This document shows, one piece after another, positions 47,379 to 60,403 of a DNA stretch of 64,000 bases. Within the stretch, counting starts at the first letter, position 1; each line of letters opens with the position of its first letter. Source of the DNA: the human T2T-CHM13v2.0 reference genome, Homo sapiens; NCBI RefSeq assembly GCF_009914755.1, contig NC_060941.1. The stretch is one strand, 5' to 3'. The position numbers and the translations under genes are program-made. The notes beneath the pieces are model-generated. The model was not told the DNA's origin. It did not search any database and was given only the letters and a program-made list of their open reading frames with translations.

Positions 47379-48830
47379 TTTTGCCTTGGTGCACTGGCTA
47401 GAAGTTCCAATACAATGTTGAATAAAAGTGGCAAAAGCAGACATCTTTGCCTTGTTCTTAGGAGGAAAAGAATTAAATCTTCCAACATTAATTTTATTAG
47501 CTGTGGAGTTTTCATAGATGTCCTTTATTAGGTTGAGTAAATTTGCTTCGAGTCCTAATTTGCCAAGAATTTTTAAAATCATAAATGGTGCTTGAATTTT
47601 TCAAATGCTTTTTCAGCCTTTATCAAGACAATCACGTGATTTTTTCCCTTATTCTATTAATATGATATGTAACATTAATTGATTTCCTAATGTTAAAACA
47701 ATCTTGGATTCCTGCGACAAATCCCGCTTGGTCGTGGTGTATAATTGTCTGTATATGTTGCTAGATTCCGTTTTCCAAAATCTCATGAAGGGCTTTTGTG
47801 ACTATGTTCATGACAGGTATCAATCCATAGTTTACTAGTGAAATATTTGTCCAGCTTTGATATCAGAGTAATACTGGCCTCACAGAATTAACTGAGAAGT
47901 ATTCCTTCTTCCTCAATATTCTGAAAGAGTTTTCAAAGAATTAAAATTATTTCTTCTTTAAATAGTTGATGTAATTCGCCAGTGAAGCCATTTGTCTTAG
48001 ACTTTTCTTTGTGAGAATATTTTTAATTGGCAATTAAATTTCTTATTATATTTCAATTCAGATTTTCTATTCTTGGGATAGTTTTGATCATTTGTATCTC
48101 TCTAGAAATTTGTCCATTTATCTATGTTGTACAAATTGTTGGTATACAAAGTTTTTAGTAATATCACTTTATAATCCTTTCATTTTCTAGAAAATCAATA
48201 GTGGTATCCTATCCTTTGACTCCTAACTTTGGCAATTTCTAACTCCTCGTTTTTATGGTTTGTCAATCATGCTAAAGTTTGTCAATTTTGTTGATCTTTT
48301 CAAAGAACCAGTACTTGGCTTCATTAATTTTCCATATTTTTATGTATTTAAATCTTAGCTTTCTGCTCTAATCTTCCCGCGCCCCCCCCCCCCCGCCTTT
48401 CTTCCACTTGCTTAGAAGCTTGCTTTGCTTTTCTTTTTCTGGTTTCATCAGGTGAAGTTTAGGTTACTGATTTGAGAATTTTATTTTTGGATATAGGTGT
48501 TTAAAGCTATAAATCTTTCTCTAAGCACTGCTTTTAGCTGCATTCCATAAATCTTGATATGCCATATTTTTGTTTCCATTCAGCTTAAAATATTTTCTAA
48601 TTTCCCTTGTAATACCTTCTTTGACCCATTAGTTATTTAAAAGTGGGTTATTTACTTTCCAAATATGTGAGGATTTCCCAGATTTTCTTTTGTTGTTTAC
48701 TTCTAATTTATTATTGTTGAGGTCAAAGAACATACTTCGTATTTCCATCCTTTTAAATTTGAGACTTGTCTTGTATCCAAGCATATGGCTATCCTGGAGA
48801 ATGTTCCATGAGTGCCTGCAGTCATTGGGT
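46880..48830 (-). mobile_element. Old L1M ORF2 fragment
   Basis: Minus translations such as [24 protein letters not shown] and ILKILGKLGLEANLLNLIKDIYE. Confidence 0.85.
47326..47376. repeat. (TAG)17 microsatellite preceded by (TAT)3
   Basis: Direct reading. Confidence 0.97.
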
Positions 48831-49019
48831 GGGGTGATTTAAATCATCACCCAAGTCTCAGACTTACCCATAAGTGGCATAAGTACAAACAGATCCAAAG
48901 GAGCACAGCAAAGACTGTGAAACAACTGAAGCTGGAATCCACCCACAGAAGATGAGACAAGACTTTCTCACTGAAAAGAACTGGGAATTCTAACAGGACT
49001 CAGAGAATAAAAAACACTC

Positions 49020-49785
49020 AGTATATACTCTTCTGCTTGCATATTCTTTCATTCAGCAGGATTTTGAGATCCATCCATGCTGTTGTATCAATAATTCATT
49101 CCTTTTCACTGCTGAGTAATATTTCATTGTACATACCACATTTCATTTATCCTTTCACCTTCTGAGGAATATTTTGGTTGCCCAAGTTTTGAGCTTTTAT
49201 GAACAAATCTGCTGTCAGTAGTTGTGCAATAGTCTTTGTCTAGACATGTCTTTATTTCTCTTTGGTAAATACATAGGAATGGAATGACTGACATATATGG
49301 TCATTGTGTATTTAACATTTTAAGAAAATTGGCAGTTTTCTAATGTGGCTATACTATTTTATGTACCCATCAGCAGTGTATAAGAGCTTCAATTGCACCA
49401 CAACTTTGTCAGCACTTGGTATTGTCAGCCAGTCTTTATCATCTTAGTCATTCTAATGAACGTGTAGTAGCATCTCATTTTGGTTTTTAATTTGCATTTC
49501 TTTGATGAATGATGATGATATTGAGCATCTTTTCATGTGGTTATTAGTCATTTGTATATCTTCTTTTGTGAAGTGCCTGTTCAAATCTTTTGCCTGTTTT
49601 TAATTGGATTGTCCTTTTATTATTGAGTTCTAAGATTTCTTTTACATTTTAGATGCAAGTTCTTCGAAATACATGTATTGTAAGCCTTGTCTTCCATTTT
49701 CTGGTTTGCCTTGTTTTTGTTTTTTTAATGATGTCTTTCAAAGAGCAAAAGTTTTTAGTTTTGGTGAAGTCCAATGTAGCAATCT
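49020..49785 (-). mobile_element. L1M 3' fragment
   Basis: Antisense L1 3' motifs (ccatcagcagtgtataagag, ttgagcatcttttcatgtg). Confidence 0.8.
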
Positions 49786-49959
49786 TAACTGAAATTTAAT
49801 TTCTAGTTTAATTGCATTGTGGTAAGAAATATGTGTTCTCAGACATGTTAAGTTTTAGAAATATACTGAGGGTTCCCTTACAGTCTACTAAGTCTTTTAA
49901 CTGTTTTATGAGAACAGAGATTTAATATGTAGTGTCAAATGGTAGAAAGTTGAAATACA

Positions 49960-52900
49960 GATTAAGATGGCAGACAGGAGGCAGGACTAGCTTGCAGCTC
50001 CTCTCCGATGGCCAGAGCAGTGTATGGAGACTCACATCGTGAACTTTGGCTCCAAGAACTACTACAGGAACATAGCAGGAAAGCTGAGAGAATCCACAGA
50101 CCCTTTGAAAGAACTGGATCACATCACTGCTGCAGGCTCCCTGAGACAACAAAACACTGAGAGTCTGCTTGCTTTCTCAATGGGAGGCTCGTGATCTGGG
50201 GCAAGTTCTCAACCCTGATTGCCAGTTGCCTGGAAATAGACTCGGTGCTGTTGGAAGGACACAGTGGGAGTCAGACAGGCCTTCAGGACTGAGGGCTGTG
50301 TGGGAGCAGGGTGAGGCCTGTGACTGCTGGCTTTCCCCTACTTCCCTGGTGACCTGTATGGCTCACGAGAGGCAGCCATAATCCCCCTGGAAATATAACT
50401 CCACTCGACTGGGAACCACACTCCCATCCCCCGCAGCAGTAACAGTCAGCCCCACACAAGGAGAGGCTGAGCTCAGACATGCCTATTGCTGCCCCCACCT
50501 AGTGGTCTTTCTCTGCCTACCCTGGTATCAGAAGACAAAAATCGTAATCTTTTGTGAGCTCTATGGCCCTGTCCACTGTCTGAGAAAACTGAATACTTAA
50601 GCCGGTGTCCCTAGGGCAAGTTTGCATCCTCCCTATAGGACCATAGCTGACGCACTCTTGAAGTGCCACCTCCCGGCTGGAGGCCAAACAACACAAAACC
50701 AGCGCACTAAACAAAAACACAACCAAGAACCCTCACAGAGTCCACTTCACTCCCCTGCTATTTCCACCAGAGCAGGTCCTGGTATCCATGGCTACAAGAC
50801 GTAAAGACAGATCATATCACAGGACTCTTTGCAGACACTCCCCAGTACCAGCCCACAGCCTGGTAGCTCCACTGGGTGGCTAGACCCAGAAAAACAAAAA
50901 CAATCACTATAGGTCTGCTCTTAGGAAGCCTCATTCCTAGGGGAAGGGGGAGCCTCATTCCAAATCACCACATCAAGGGAGCACCCCATAGGACAAAAGA
51001 ATCTGAACAGCAGCAAACCCCAGATCTTCCCTCTGACATAGTCTACCCAAATAAGAAGGAACCAGAAAAAAAATTCTGGTAATATGACAAAACAAGATTC
51101 TTTAACTCCCCCAAGAGATCATACCAGCTCACCAGCAATGGATCCAAGCCAAGATGAAATCTCTGAATTGCCAGAAAAAGAATTCAGAAGGTCAATTATT
51201 AAGCGAATCAAGGAGGCATCAGAGAAAGGTGAGGTTCAACATAAAGAAATCAAAAACATGATACAGAATACAAAAGAAGAGTTCTTCAGTGAAATAGACA
51301 GCATATATAAAAAACAATCATAATGTCTGGAAATCAAGGACACACTCAGAGAAATGCAAAATGCACTGGAAAATCTCAGTAATAGAATTGAACAAGCAGA
51401 AGAAAGAACCTCAGAGCTCAAAGACAAGGCTTTCAAATTAACCCAATCCATCAAAGATGAAGAAAAAAGATTTTTAAGAAATGAACAAAGCCTCCTAGAA
51501 GTTTGGGACTAAGTTAAACATCCAAACCTAAGAATAATTGGTGTTCCTGAGGAAGATGAGAAAGCTAAAAGTTTGGAAAACATATTTGAGGGAATAATTT
51601 GGGAAAACTTCCCCAGCCTTGCTAAAGGCCTAGACATGCAAATACAAGAAGCACAAAGAACACATGGGAAATTCATCACAAAAAGATCATCGCCTAGGCA
51701 CATAGTCATCACATTATCTAAAGTCAAGACAAAGGAAAGAATCTTAAGGGCTGTGAGCCAAAAGCATCAGGTAGCCTAGAAAGGTAAACCTATCAAATTA
51801 ACAGCAGACTTCTTGGAAGAAACCCTAAAAGCTGGCAAGGAGTGGGGTCTTATTTTTAGTTTCCTTAAACAAAACAATTATTAGCCAAGAATTTTGTATC
51901 CAGTGAAAGTAAGCTTTATAAATGAAGAAAAGATATAGTCTTTTCCAGAAAACAAATGCGGAGAGAATTCGCCAATACAAAGCCACCACTAAATGAACTG
52001 CTAAAAGGTGTTCTAAATCTTCAAACAAATCCTCTAAATACACCAAAGCATAAATATCACAGGACCTATATAACAATAACATAATTAAAAAACAGTAGGT
52101 ATTCAGGCAACAAATAGCACGATGAATAGAATAATACCTCACATCTCAATACTAACATTGAATGTAAATGGCCTAAATGCACCACCTAAAAGATACAGAA
52201 TGGCAGAATCGATAAGAATTCACCAACCAAATTTCTGCTGTCATCAGTAGACTCACCTAACACATAAGGACTCACATAAACTTACGGTAAAGGGGTAGAA
52301 AAAGATATTCCATGTAAATAAACACCAAAAGCGAGCAGGAGTAGCTATTCTTATATCAGACAAAACAAACTTTAAAGCAACTGCAGTTAAAGAAGACAAA
52401 CAGGGACATTATATAATGGTAAAAGGACTAGTCCAACAGGAAAATATCACAATTCTAAATATGAATGCACCTAACACTGGAGCTCCCAAATGTATAAAAC
52501 AATTACTACTAGACCTAAGAAATGAGACAGGTGGCAATGCAATAATAGTGGGGGAGTTTAATACTCCACTGACAGCACTACACAGGTCATCAAGACAGAA
52601 AGTCAACAAGAACAATGAACTTAAACTATACCCTACAACAAATGGACTTAACAGATATTTACAGAACATTCTACCCAACAACTGCAGAATATACATTCTA
52701 TTCAGAAGGACATGGAACATTCCCCAAGATAGACCATAACAGGCCACAAAACGAGTCTCAGTAAATTTAAGAAAATCGAAATTATATCAAATACTGGTGG
52801 GAATGTAAAGTAGTACAACCACTATGGAAAACACTGTAGAGATTCCTTAAAGAACTAAAAGTAGATCTACCATTTGATTCAGCAATCCCACTTCTAGGTG

Positions 52901-53042
52901 TCTACCCAGAGGAAAAGAAGTCATTATATGAAAAAGATACTTGCACACGCATGTTTATAGCAGCACAATTTGTAATTGCAAAAATATGGAACCAGCCCAA
53001 ATGCCCGTAAGTCAACGAGTGGATAAAGAAATTATGATGTAT

Positions 53043-53093
<51 letters not shown>

Positions 53094-53475
53094 ATGGAAT
53101 ACTACTTGGTCATAAGAAGGAACAAAATAATGGCATTCACATCAACCTGGATGTTACTGGAGACCATTATTCTAAATCAATGGAAAACCAAACATCGTAT
53201 GTTCTTACTCATAAGTGGGAGCTAAGGTATGAGGACACAAACACATAAGAATGATACAATAAACTTTGGAGACTCGGGGAAGACTTTGGGTGGGGGAGGT
53301 GAGGGTTAAAAGACTATACATTGAATACAGTATACACCGCTAGGGTGATGGGTGCACCAAAATCTCAGTAATCACCACTAAAGAAATTATTCATGTAACC
53401 AAGCACCACCTGTGCCCCAAAAACCTATTGAAATAAAAAAATAAAAAATTTAAAAATATATACATAAAAATAAAA
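49960..53475 (+). mobile_element. L1PB with 5' UTR, ORF1, EN and 3' end, most of ORF2 deleted
   Basis: 5' aagatggcagacaggaggcaggactag, ORF1 remnants 51084-52040, EN remnants 52120-52793, abrupt jump to ctggtgggaatgtaaa, L1PB 3' UTR aatcaccactaaagaa...cccaaaaacctattgaaataaaa. Confidence 0.9.
53053..53092. repeat. (AC)20 microsatellite
   Basis: Direct reading. Confidence 0.97.
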
Positions 53476-53510
53476 ATGTTAAACTTGATCAGCTATTCCA
53501 CTCCTAGGTA

Positions 53511-53847
53511 CAGTAGTCCCTCCTTATATGTTCTAAGACCCTCAGTGGATGTCTGAACTTTGGATAGTAACAAACCCTATATGCACTATGGTTTTTGCTA
53601 TATAGCTGCATTGTATAGGGCAGGTAGGGTATACAGCATGGATATGCTGGATAAAAGGATGAGTCATGCCTTGGGTAGGACAGAGCAGGACGGCATGAGA
53701 TTTCATCATGTTACTAAGAACAGTGCACAATGTAAACCTTATGAATTCTTTATTTCTGGAATTTTCCATTTAATATTTTTGGACTGTGGTTGATGGAAGG
53801 TAACTGAAACCATGGAAAGTGAAACTTTGGATAAGGTGGGACTACTG
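53511..53847 (-). mobile_element. MER44 (Tigger7-derived MITE)
   Basis: TIRs cagtagtccc.ccttat / ataagg.gggactactg with TA on both sides. Confidence 0.9.
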
Positions 53848-55033
53848 TACTTATTGGAATAAAATGGAAACATATATCTACAAAAGTAAACGTAAAAAAA
53901 TAAAAAGCTAAAAAAGAAAAAGTCAAAATATAGCTGTCATATAATTTGTTAGTTACACCCCATTTGGATTTTACCCATTGACCTGTCAGAGATGGAGAAA
54001 AATATATGAAAACATCCCATGACTATCTATGTCCATTTCTCCATGTGTTCCTAACATCTTTTCATATTTCGATTGAGTACTCTTGCCTTTAGCATGCAAA
54101 AATATATCCCTTTGTCCAGTTTATTGACTTGTATTGATTTAATTTGTATGATAGTGTTACAATCCTACTTTCCTTTTTTTCTGAATATAAGTGATATATT
54201 TTCATCATCCATTTATTCTAACTTGTGTGTTAACTTTATTTTAGTTATTAGTTTTATAAATAGTATATTTATGGATTTCAGTCTTCTAATCAATACCATT
54301 TTACTAGAAAAATTTAACCTATTAATGTTTATTATTACAATTATATACTCTATCTTATTTTGGACATTTTGTTGTATTTCTGCTTCTGTTCCTTTGGCAG
54401 CCTCTCCTCTCAAGCTTTGCTTTTTAACTTTTCAAGACTTTTATGAGAATGTACAACTTGTTAATTTTATTAATGCTCATATTTAAACATTACAAAATTA
54501 TTTTTACCTACATTTCCCTAATTTTAAGAATCTTATGAGTCTCACATATTTATGACAAAGAGTTTTAGTATATTTTGCTTCTCCAACTCTTGCTATTCAT
54601 CTACTTTTGATCCTTGTTAATGTAATCTAGGGATACAAATTCAAGTTGTTAATACATTTGTATTTTCTGTTTTATATACCTTCCTTTTCAAAAAATCAAT
54701 TAATATTAGAATTCTATTCTTAAGTAGATTTGTAACAATTATTTAAATTTGTTTCTACTTCTTTGGGGTTCCAGGTTTCTCTACTCATCCTTTCATATGA
54801 TGGTTTCCTTATGTGTGGGAAGTCTTATGCTTCATTTCTGGATTGGTTCATGTATTCATACAAATTTTTTCCAGAAAAATGTGGTATATATTATATGAGC
54901 TCTTATATATAAGAACATGCTTTCCTATTGTTTTTGTAAGCAAAAAACTCCTTGGTTGTGTATAAAATGGAATCACCACTTTTTTTTACTGCATGCATAT
55001 TACATACATGTATATTACACGCATTACATTATA

Positions 55034-56709
55034 TGTAACATGAATGGTGCAGTTTCAGCCTACCATACCATAGCTGTGGATCCAGGCATTTCTGTACTCC
55101 TGGGGGCTGGGGAAGGTCCCTGCTGCCCTAGCTGGCTCAGAAGTGCTTGCTCCCGCTGTCTGGTTTCTCCTTGCTGTCCGTGCCCACTCCAATGTTGGAG
55201 CAAAGTTAGGGCTGAGCCTGGGTGCTGTCGCAGCCAGCCAGGTGGGCACACACTCAGGGCAGTGCTGACATGCCAGCCCCCTGCTGCCTCAGCCACCTCT
55301 GGACTTTGGCTGCCAATGAGCATAGGAGGGAAGCCAAGTGGGTGCTGATGGCAGCTCAATGCTGGCCTGCAGGCAACCCTTGACACCTACAGCCTGGGCA
55401 CCATGAACAGCAGCAGGGGGCAGACAGACTCCTGCTCATAAGGGGATGGGTCCCTAGTGAGGCCTCACCTTCAGGCCAGGGAGGGCCTGAAGGCTGGGAG
55501 GCCTGGCTGCAAGTCCCACAGACTGGAGTGGGAACTCGTGGTGCCTTTTCTGGGCCTCCCCATGGCCACCCATGGACCAATCAGTGTGCACTTCCTCCCC
55601 TCTGAGGCACATAAAAGCCCCAGGCTCAGCCAGAGAAGAGCAGATGTGGGGACAACCAGCTGCAGAGGGGAGCTACCAACTCCAGGGCCTCCTCTCTCCT
55701 AAGAGCTGCACATGTCAGGACAACCAGCTGCAGAGAGGAGCAACTCATCCCAGGGCCTACTCTCTGCTGAGGGCTGCACAGACATCGGGACCACCAGCTG
55801 CAGATAGGAGCAACCCACTCCATGGCCTCCTCTCTACTGAGAGCTGGGGAGATGAGAGGAGGACCTGCCTACAGAGAGGAGTAACCCACTCTAGGGCCTC
55901 CTCTCTGCTGAGAGCTGCAGAGATGATGGGACTACCTGTCTGCAGAGATGGGTTTACCACTCCAGGGTCTCCTCTCTGCTAGGAGCTGAACACTCACTGG
56001 GACACCCTGGCTGCAGAAAGGAGCTACCCACTATGTGTCTCTGAGCTGTTCTATTGCTCAATGAAGCTCCTCTTTGTCTTGCTTACCCTCCACTTGTCTG
56101 CATACCTCATTTTTCCTAGTCGCAGGACAAGAACTCAGGACCTGTTGAATGGCAGGGCTAAAAGAGCTGCAACAAAAACAGGGCTGAAACATGCTCCTTG
56201 CTCTCCTTGTTGAAGGCAAAGAGAAGGAGAGAAGAGCTACAGCCCCAGACCTGGGCGCTCCCGAGCCAGGGCTATGACTTCCTCTTTGGGTTCGTGTGGT
56301 TCTTGGCTCCTCCTTGGGTTCCTGTGGTTCCTGGCATCTCCAAGCTTCCAGGTGCCACCACATTCCCCAGTGACAGCTGTGGAAGCTGCTTGCAGTATAC
56401 CTGGTCCAGCCACAGCCTCACAGAGAGCTGACACCCATGCTGGCACCTGGAGCTGCCCACCCACTGCAGCAGGTGGCATACCTGACTGCACAGCGGCCAG
56501 ACCCCATGCTTGCTCACATACCCCTTGCTGCTCCATGCCTGACTCACCCTTGGCAGGTGTTGGATACAGGCAGTAGCATGAGCCAAGAGCAGCGTATCAG
56601 GCTGAGTGGGTGGAATGAGCCCAGTGGGCCTGAGCAAAACTCAGGCAAAGGTGCCACTAGCCACAGAGGTTTCTGGCCAAAAAAGTGACACCCTAGGGAT
56701 CCCGTAACA
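55034..56709 (+). mobile_element. MER52-type ERV1 solo LTR
   Basis: ~1.7-kb GC-rich LTR ending ...gacaccctagggatcccgtaaca, with internal ~70-bp repeats. 5' boundary less certain. Confidence 0.8.
55651..56048 (+). repeat. ~6 diverged copies of a ~70-bp unit inside MER52
   Basis: gac.accagctgcagagaggagc.acccactccagggcctcctctctgctgagagctg at 55651, 55719, 55789, 55859, 55930 and 56001. Confidence 0.9.
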
Positions 56710-57151
56710 CAAGGCTCAATCCTCAGTCAGATTCAAACATGAAACCTTCCTTAGGCACATTTCTCCCACCCAGTGTGTGCTTGGGACTCCTAAGGAAGAT
56801 AACTATAGTGTAAAATAATAAGTGAGTATTGAAACATTCTTTATAATCAGGAAAAACTGAAAAAAACTAAATATGCTTGAGTAGGGGAGCTGATAAAATA
56901 TACTATATTCATATGATAAAATAAATTTAGTGTTAAAAAGATTGTACTAAAACAGCATGGTTAGCACACAGATACATAATATTAGATATAAAAGGGCAAA
57001 CAGAAATAGTACTTAAAATCTGTTCATATTTATATAATTTTTAAAAAAACAAAAAAACATTTATGCCTGTAACATATTAATGCATAAATAATATATACAT
57101 ACATATTATCTATGGGCATTAAGTATGCATATAAAATAAACTGAAATAATG

Positions 57152-57496
57152 CAGCCATCTCCAGTATCCATGGGTGATTGGTTCCAGAACCCCCTCCAGA
57201 TACCAAAATCCACAGATAGTCAAGTTCCTCATATAAAATGGTCTAGTACTTCCATACAACCTGTGCACATCCTCCTGTGTACTTTATCATTGCTAGATTA
57301 CTTCTAATACCTAATACAACATCTACATGTCACTTCTATCACATGGATTCAACACAGTCCTCTGCACATGGCAAATTCAAGTTTTACTTTTTGGAGCATT
57401 GTCAAATTTTTCCAAATATTTTCGATCCATGGTTGGTTGAATCTGTGGAGGCAGAACCCACGGATACAAAAACACATGGATACAGAGGGCTGACTG
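57152..57496 (+). mobile_element. MER2-type Tigger MITE
   Basis: cagccatctccagtatccatggg...gataccaaaatccacagat...atggatacagagggctgactg followed by ta. Confidence 0.85.
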
Positions 57497-58156
57497 TATA
57501 CACTCAATTAATTATAATGGATTTCTCCAGGGAAGAAAGAATAATGTGATTAGACATGAAAACAAAGTAAACTAAAACTTCACCTGAATTTTTTAGTTTA
57601 TATAAACCACGTTAACAATTATTGCATCTTTGCGATGGGTACCCAGGTGTTTGTAATAATTCCCTTTATTCTTTTACAAATTTTGTATTTTCTTTAAAAA
57701 CTAAAAAAAAAAAAAACTACCCATCTTATATAAGAATTGGAGACAGCCTTTGTTCTTCACAACTGCCAGTTGAAAATAATTTGCTGTAGCTGATCAATAA
57801 GACACTATTTATAGAACATGAAGAAACACAGACATGGTTAACTGGAGCCCCTGCTCTAAAGAAACTGATCAGTCATGGGATTTTTCTCTTAGGATTATCT
57901 ATCCTTCCAAAGCAAGGTACATGCTTGCCATTACTACATTTATACAGGGGACTTTTAAATGATCATTCTGGCATTGCTTGAAGGATGAATCAAGTGGTAA
58001 CATCTCTTTCTCATTCTGAATCTCTGACCCGATTGTATGGCTAATTTTGATACAGCTCTTTTAAAAAGTGAAATGTTTCTGTCATATTTAAGATGAGAAT
58101 GTACCTTCCTACTGAGAGAGTGACTTTCAAAAGGGATGGTGTGGCAGCCTCCTTAC

Positions 58157-58292
58157 CTGCTCTTTCATTTCAGCATAGACTTTCTCTGAGTTCAGTTCCA
58201 CCTGCCGCTTAAACTCTTCCAGAGCGGCATCTGCCTGCTGGGCCTGCAACCTCTGAACTTCAGTCACACGAGTTAGCTGCTCCTCTTTTTCC
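58157..58292 (-). CDS. CEP112: Internal coding exon (136 nt) of centrosomal coiled-coil protein CEP112
   Basis: Acceptor ctttctAG|G at 58294-58293 and donor CAG|GTAAGG at 58156. Reads 1 nt + 45 codons EKEEQLTRVTEVQRLQAQQADAALEEFKRQVELNSEKVYAEMKEQ and ends in phase 0. Gene identity recalled from the peptide. Confidence 0.9.
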
Positions 58293-58544
58293 CTAGAAAG
58301 GTTCAGAGAAGCTTCAGAGTTAAAATATAAAAGAGCTAGGCCTGAATGAAAGAACAATATTTAACCCCCTCTAAAATAAAATCCAGATTTTAATTTTTTT
58401 GATCCAAATCCTACAAAACTTCCCTTTAGAAATTTGACAATAAACTAATTTGTCTCAAGAGAAAAAGGGTATAAACATATATTGTGTATTCTGATGAAGG
58501 CAAAACTGCTTTCAAAGATTTCTCTAAAAACAAAACTGAGTAAA

Positions 58545-58980
58545 ACCATGTGTCTCCATCAAGTGATGAATGAATAAACAAAATGTGGAATAGCTATCCA
58601 ATGGGCTATTAGTCATTCTTAAAAAGGAATGAAGTTCTGATACCTGCTACAACATGGATGAACCTTAAAAACATTCAGCTAAGTGAAAGAAGCCAGTCAC
58701 AAAAAGTTACATATTGTATGATTCCATTTATATGAAATTTCCAGAATAGGTAAATCCATGGAGACAGAAAGTACCTTAGTAGTTGCTAGGGTCTGAGAGG
58801 CTGGGGAAATAGGGAGTGATTGCCAAGGGATATGAAATGAGGAAAATATGAAAATGTTCTGGAATTAGATAGTGGTGATGGTTGCACATCCTTGTGAATA
58901 TACTAATATCCACCAAACTATACACTTCAAAGGAGTGAATTTTATGGTATGTGAATTATATCTCATGTTTTTTTTTTAAA
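58545..58980 (+). mobile_element. L1MB 3' end
   Basis: acaacatggatgaacctt...tagatagtggtgatggttgcacatc...gtatgtgaattatatctca. Confidence 0.85.
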
Positions 58981-59244
58981 ACAATGTACAAATAGAAAGA
59001 TGTATGTCTACCAGAAGTTAATCTGCAGTGAAGTCAATGCAACAGAGAAACATGATGGCCTAAAATTATTTTACTGCCTTCTAGCAGATTGCCTAAAAGA
59101 ACTGATAACCATCTCATTTCTTCATACCTTAGGTGGAAACTATATAGCTGAAAGGGTCCAACAAAACAAAAGGAATCTTTGCATGTTGATAGAAGAAAAA
59201 ATTAAAGCCTTCAGTTTATAAATGCATGCCATTTAACAATAGTT

Positions 59245-59855
59245 AACTTTGAGTTCTAACTAGGCGCTGGGTATTGTGCAATGGAATTTTATATGGTTTG
59301 GCTCTGTGTCCCCACCCACATCTAATCTTGTAGCTCCCATAATTCCCACGTGTTGTGGGAGGGACCCAGTGGGAGATAACTGAATCATGGGGGCAGGTCT
59401 TTCCCATGCTGTTCTCATGATAGTGAGTGAGTCTAACGAGATCTGATGGTTTTAACAAGAGGAGTTCCCCTGCACAAGCTCTCTTTTTGCCTGCCGCCAT
59501 CCATGTAAGATGTGACTTGCTCCTCCTTGCCTTCCGCCATGATTGTGAGGCCTCCCCAGCCACGTGGAACTGTAAGTCCATTAAACCTCTTTTGAAAATT
59601 GCCAAGTCTCCAGTATGTCTTTATCAGCAGTGTGAAAATGAACTAATACAGAAGTTTATGTCTTCTCTCATTTATTCTCACAGTAAACCAGTATAAGAGT
59701 GTTATTACATCCTTACTTACACAGAACAGGAAACTAGGGCTTAGAGAATACTTCCAAGGTTACACACCTAGAGTAACAACAGGTCAAGCCAGGATTCCAG
59801 TCCTGAAAGTGTGCTTCTAGAGTTCCTGTTGTTGGCTGCTATGCCACACTGCTTT
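59245..59855 (-). mobile_element. MIR split by THE1
   Basis: acaggaaactagggcttagaga...ccaaggttacacac...gccaggattc MIR core. Confidence 0.7.
59289..59650 (+). mobile_element. THE1B/C solo LTR
   Basis: atatggtttggctctgtgtcccc...aactaataca, TSD gaatt/gaagt. Confidence 0.92.
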
Positions 59856-60326
59856 CCTGATCTTCCAGATGCCACAGGTAAGATTAACTTAGCTCACCTT
59901 CCCTAAATGGGAAAGCTTACACAAGTAAAAAATATGTTCTTACTATTAGCTGTAACACTGAAGGATGCTGGGCGGGGGTGGGTAATTTAACTCACTCAAA
60001 CCAAATTTTAGAGAAATATCATAAAGGGGAGAAAAGACATTTCTAAAACAAGATGATGCAATCTTTTAAAACTTGGGCAAAAAGTAATACGAGTTTTTCC
60101 AGGTTACTCATCTGAGTTTAAAATCCACTCTAAGACACAAAAATTTCTAGGCTTTTCAATAAGAACGTACATATCATATATCAAAATACCAAACTTTCTC
60201 CCTCTCCCCCACCAAATTGAAAACCTCTTTCAAAGCTTAAGTGGTCAAAAGACTGATAAGAAAAAAAGTGTCACCTAATTTCTACTTCAGCAAGACTCTC
60301 GTCCCTTTACAATGAGGTTATCAACA

Positions 60327-60368
60327 ATATAGATATATAGATATCGATATAGATATAGATATAGATAG

Positions 60369-60402
<34 letters not shown>
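60327..60402. repeat. Compound microsatellite (ATATAG)n + (GT)~16
   Basis: Direct reading. Confidence 0.93.

Positions 60403-60403
<1 letters not shown>

Noticed and set aside
48376-48397. C13 run as a functional G-quadruplex
   Set aside because: Isolated homopolymer in a decayed L1 with no other support.
52780-52810. Spliced L1 retrocopy as the cause of the L1PB deletion
   Set aside because: The junction does not fall at a GT donor / AG acceptor pair in the recalled consensus, and microhomology explains it.
55651-56048. Regularly spaced repeats resembling a CRISPR array
   Set aside because: Diverged tandem units inside a primate LTR, with no unique spacers, no cas genes and a eukaryotic context.
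54917-56688. Cluster of 70-140-aa ORFs
   Set aside because: Expected from the GC-rich MER52 LTR. No recognisable domain.
58127-58357. 76-aa ORF as a standalone gene
   Set aside because: Only 58157-58292 is bounded by splice sites. The flanking codons are intronic read-through.
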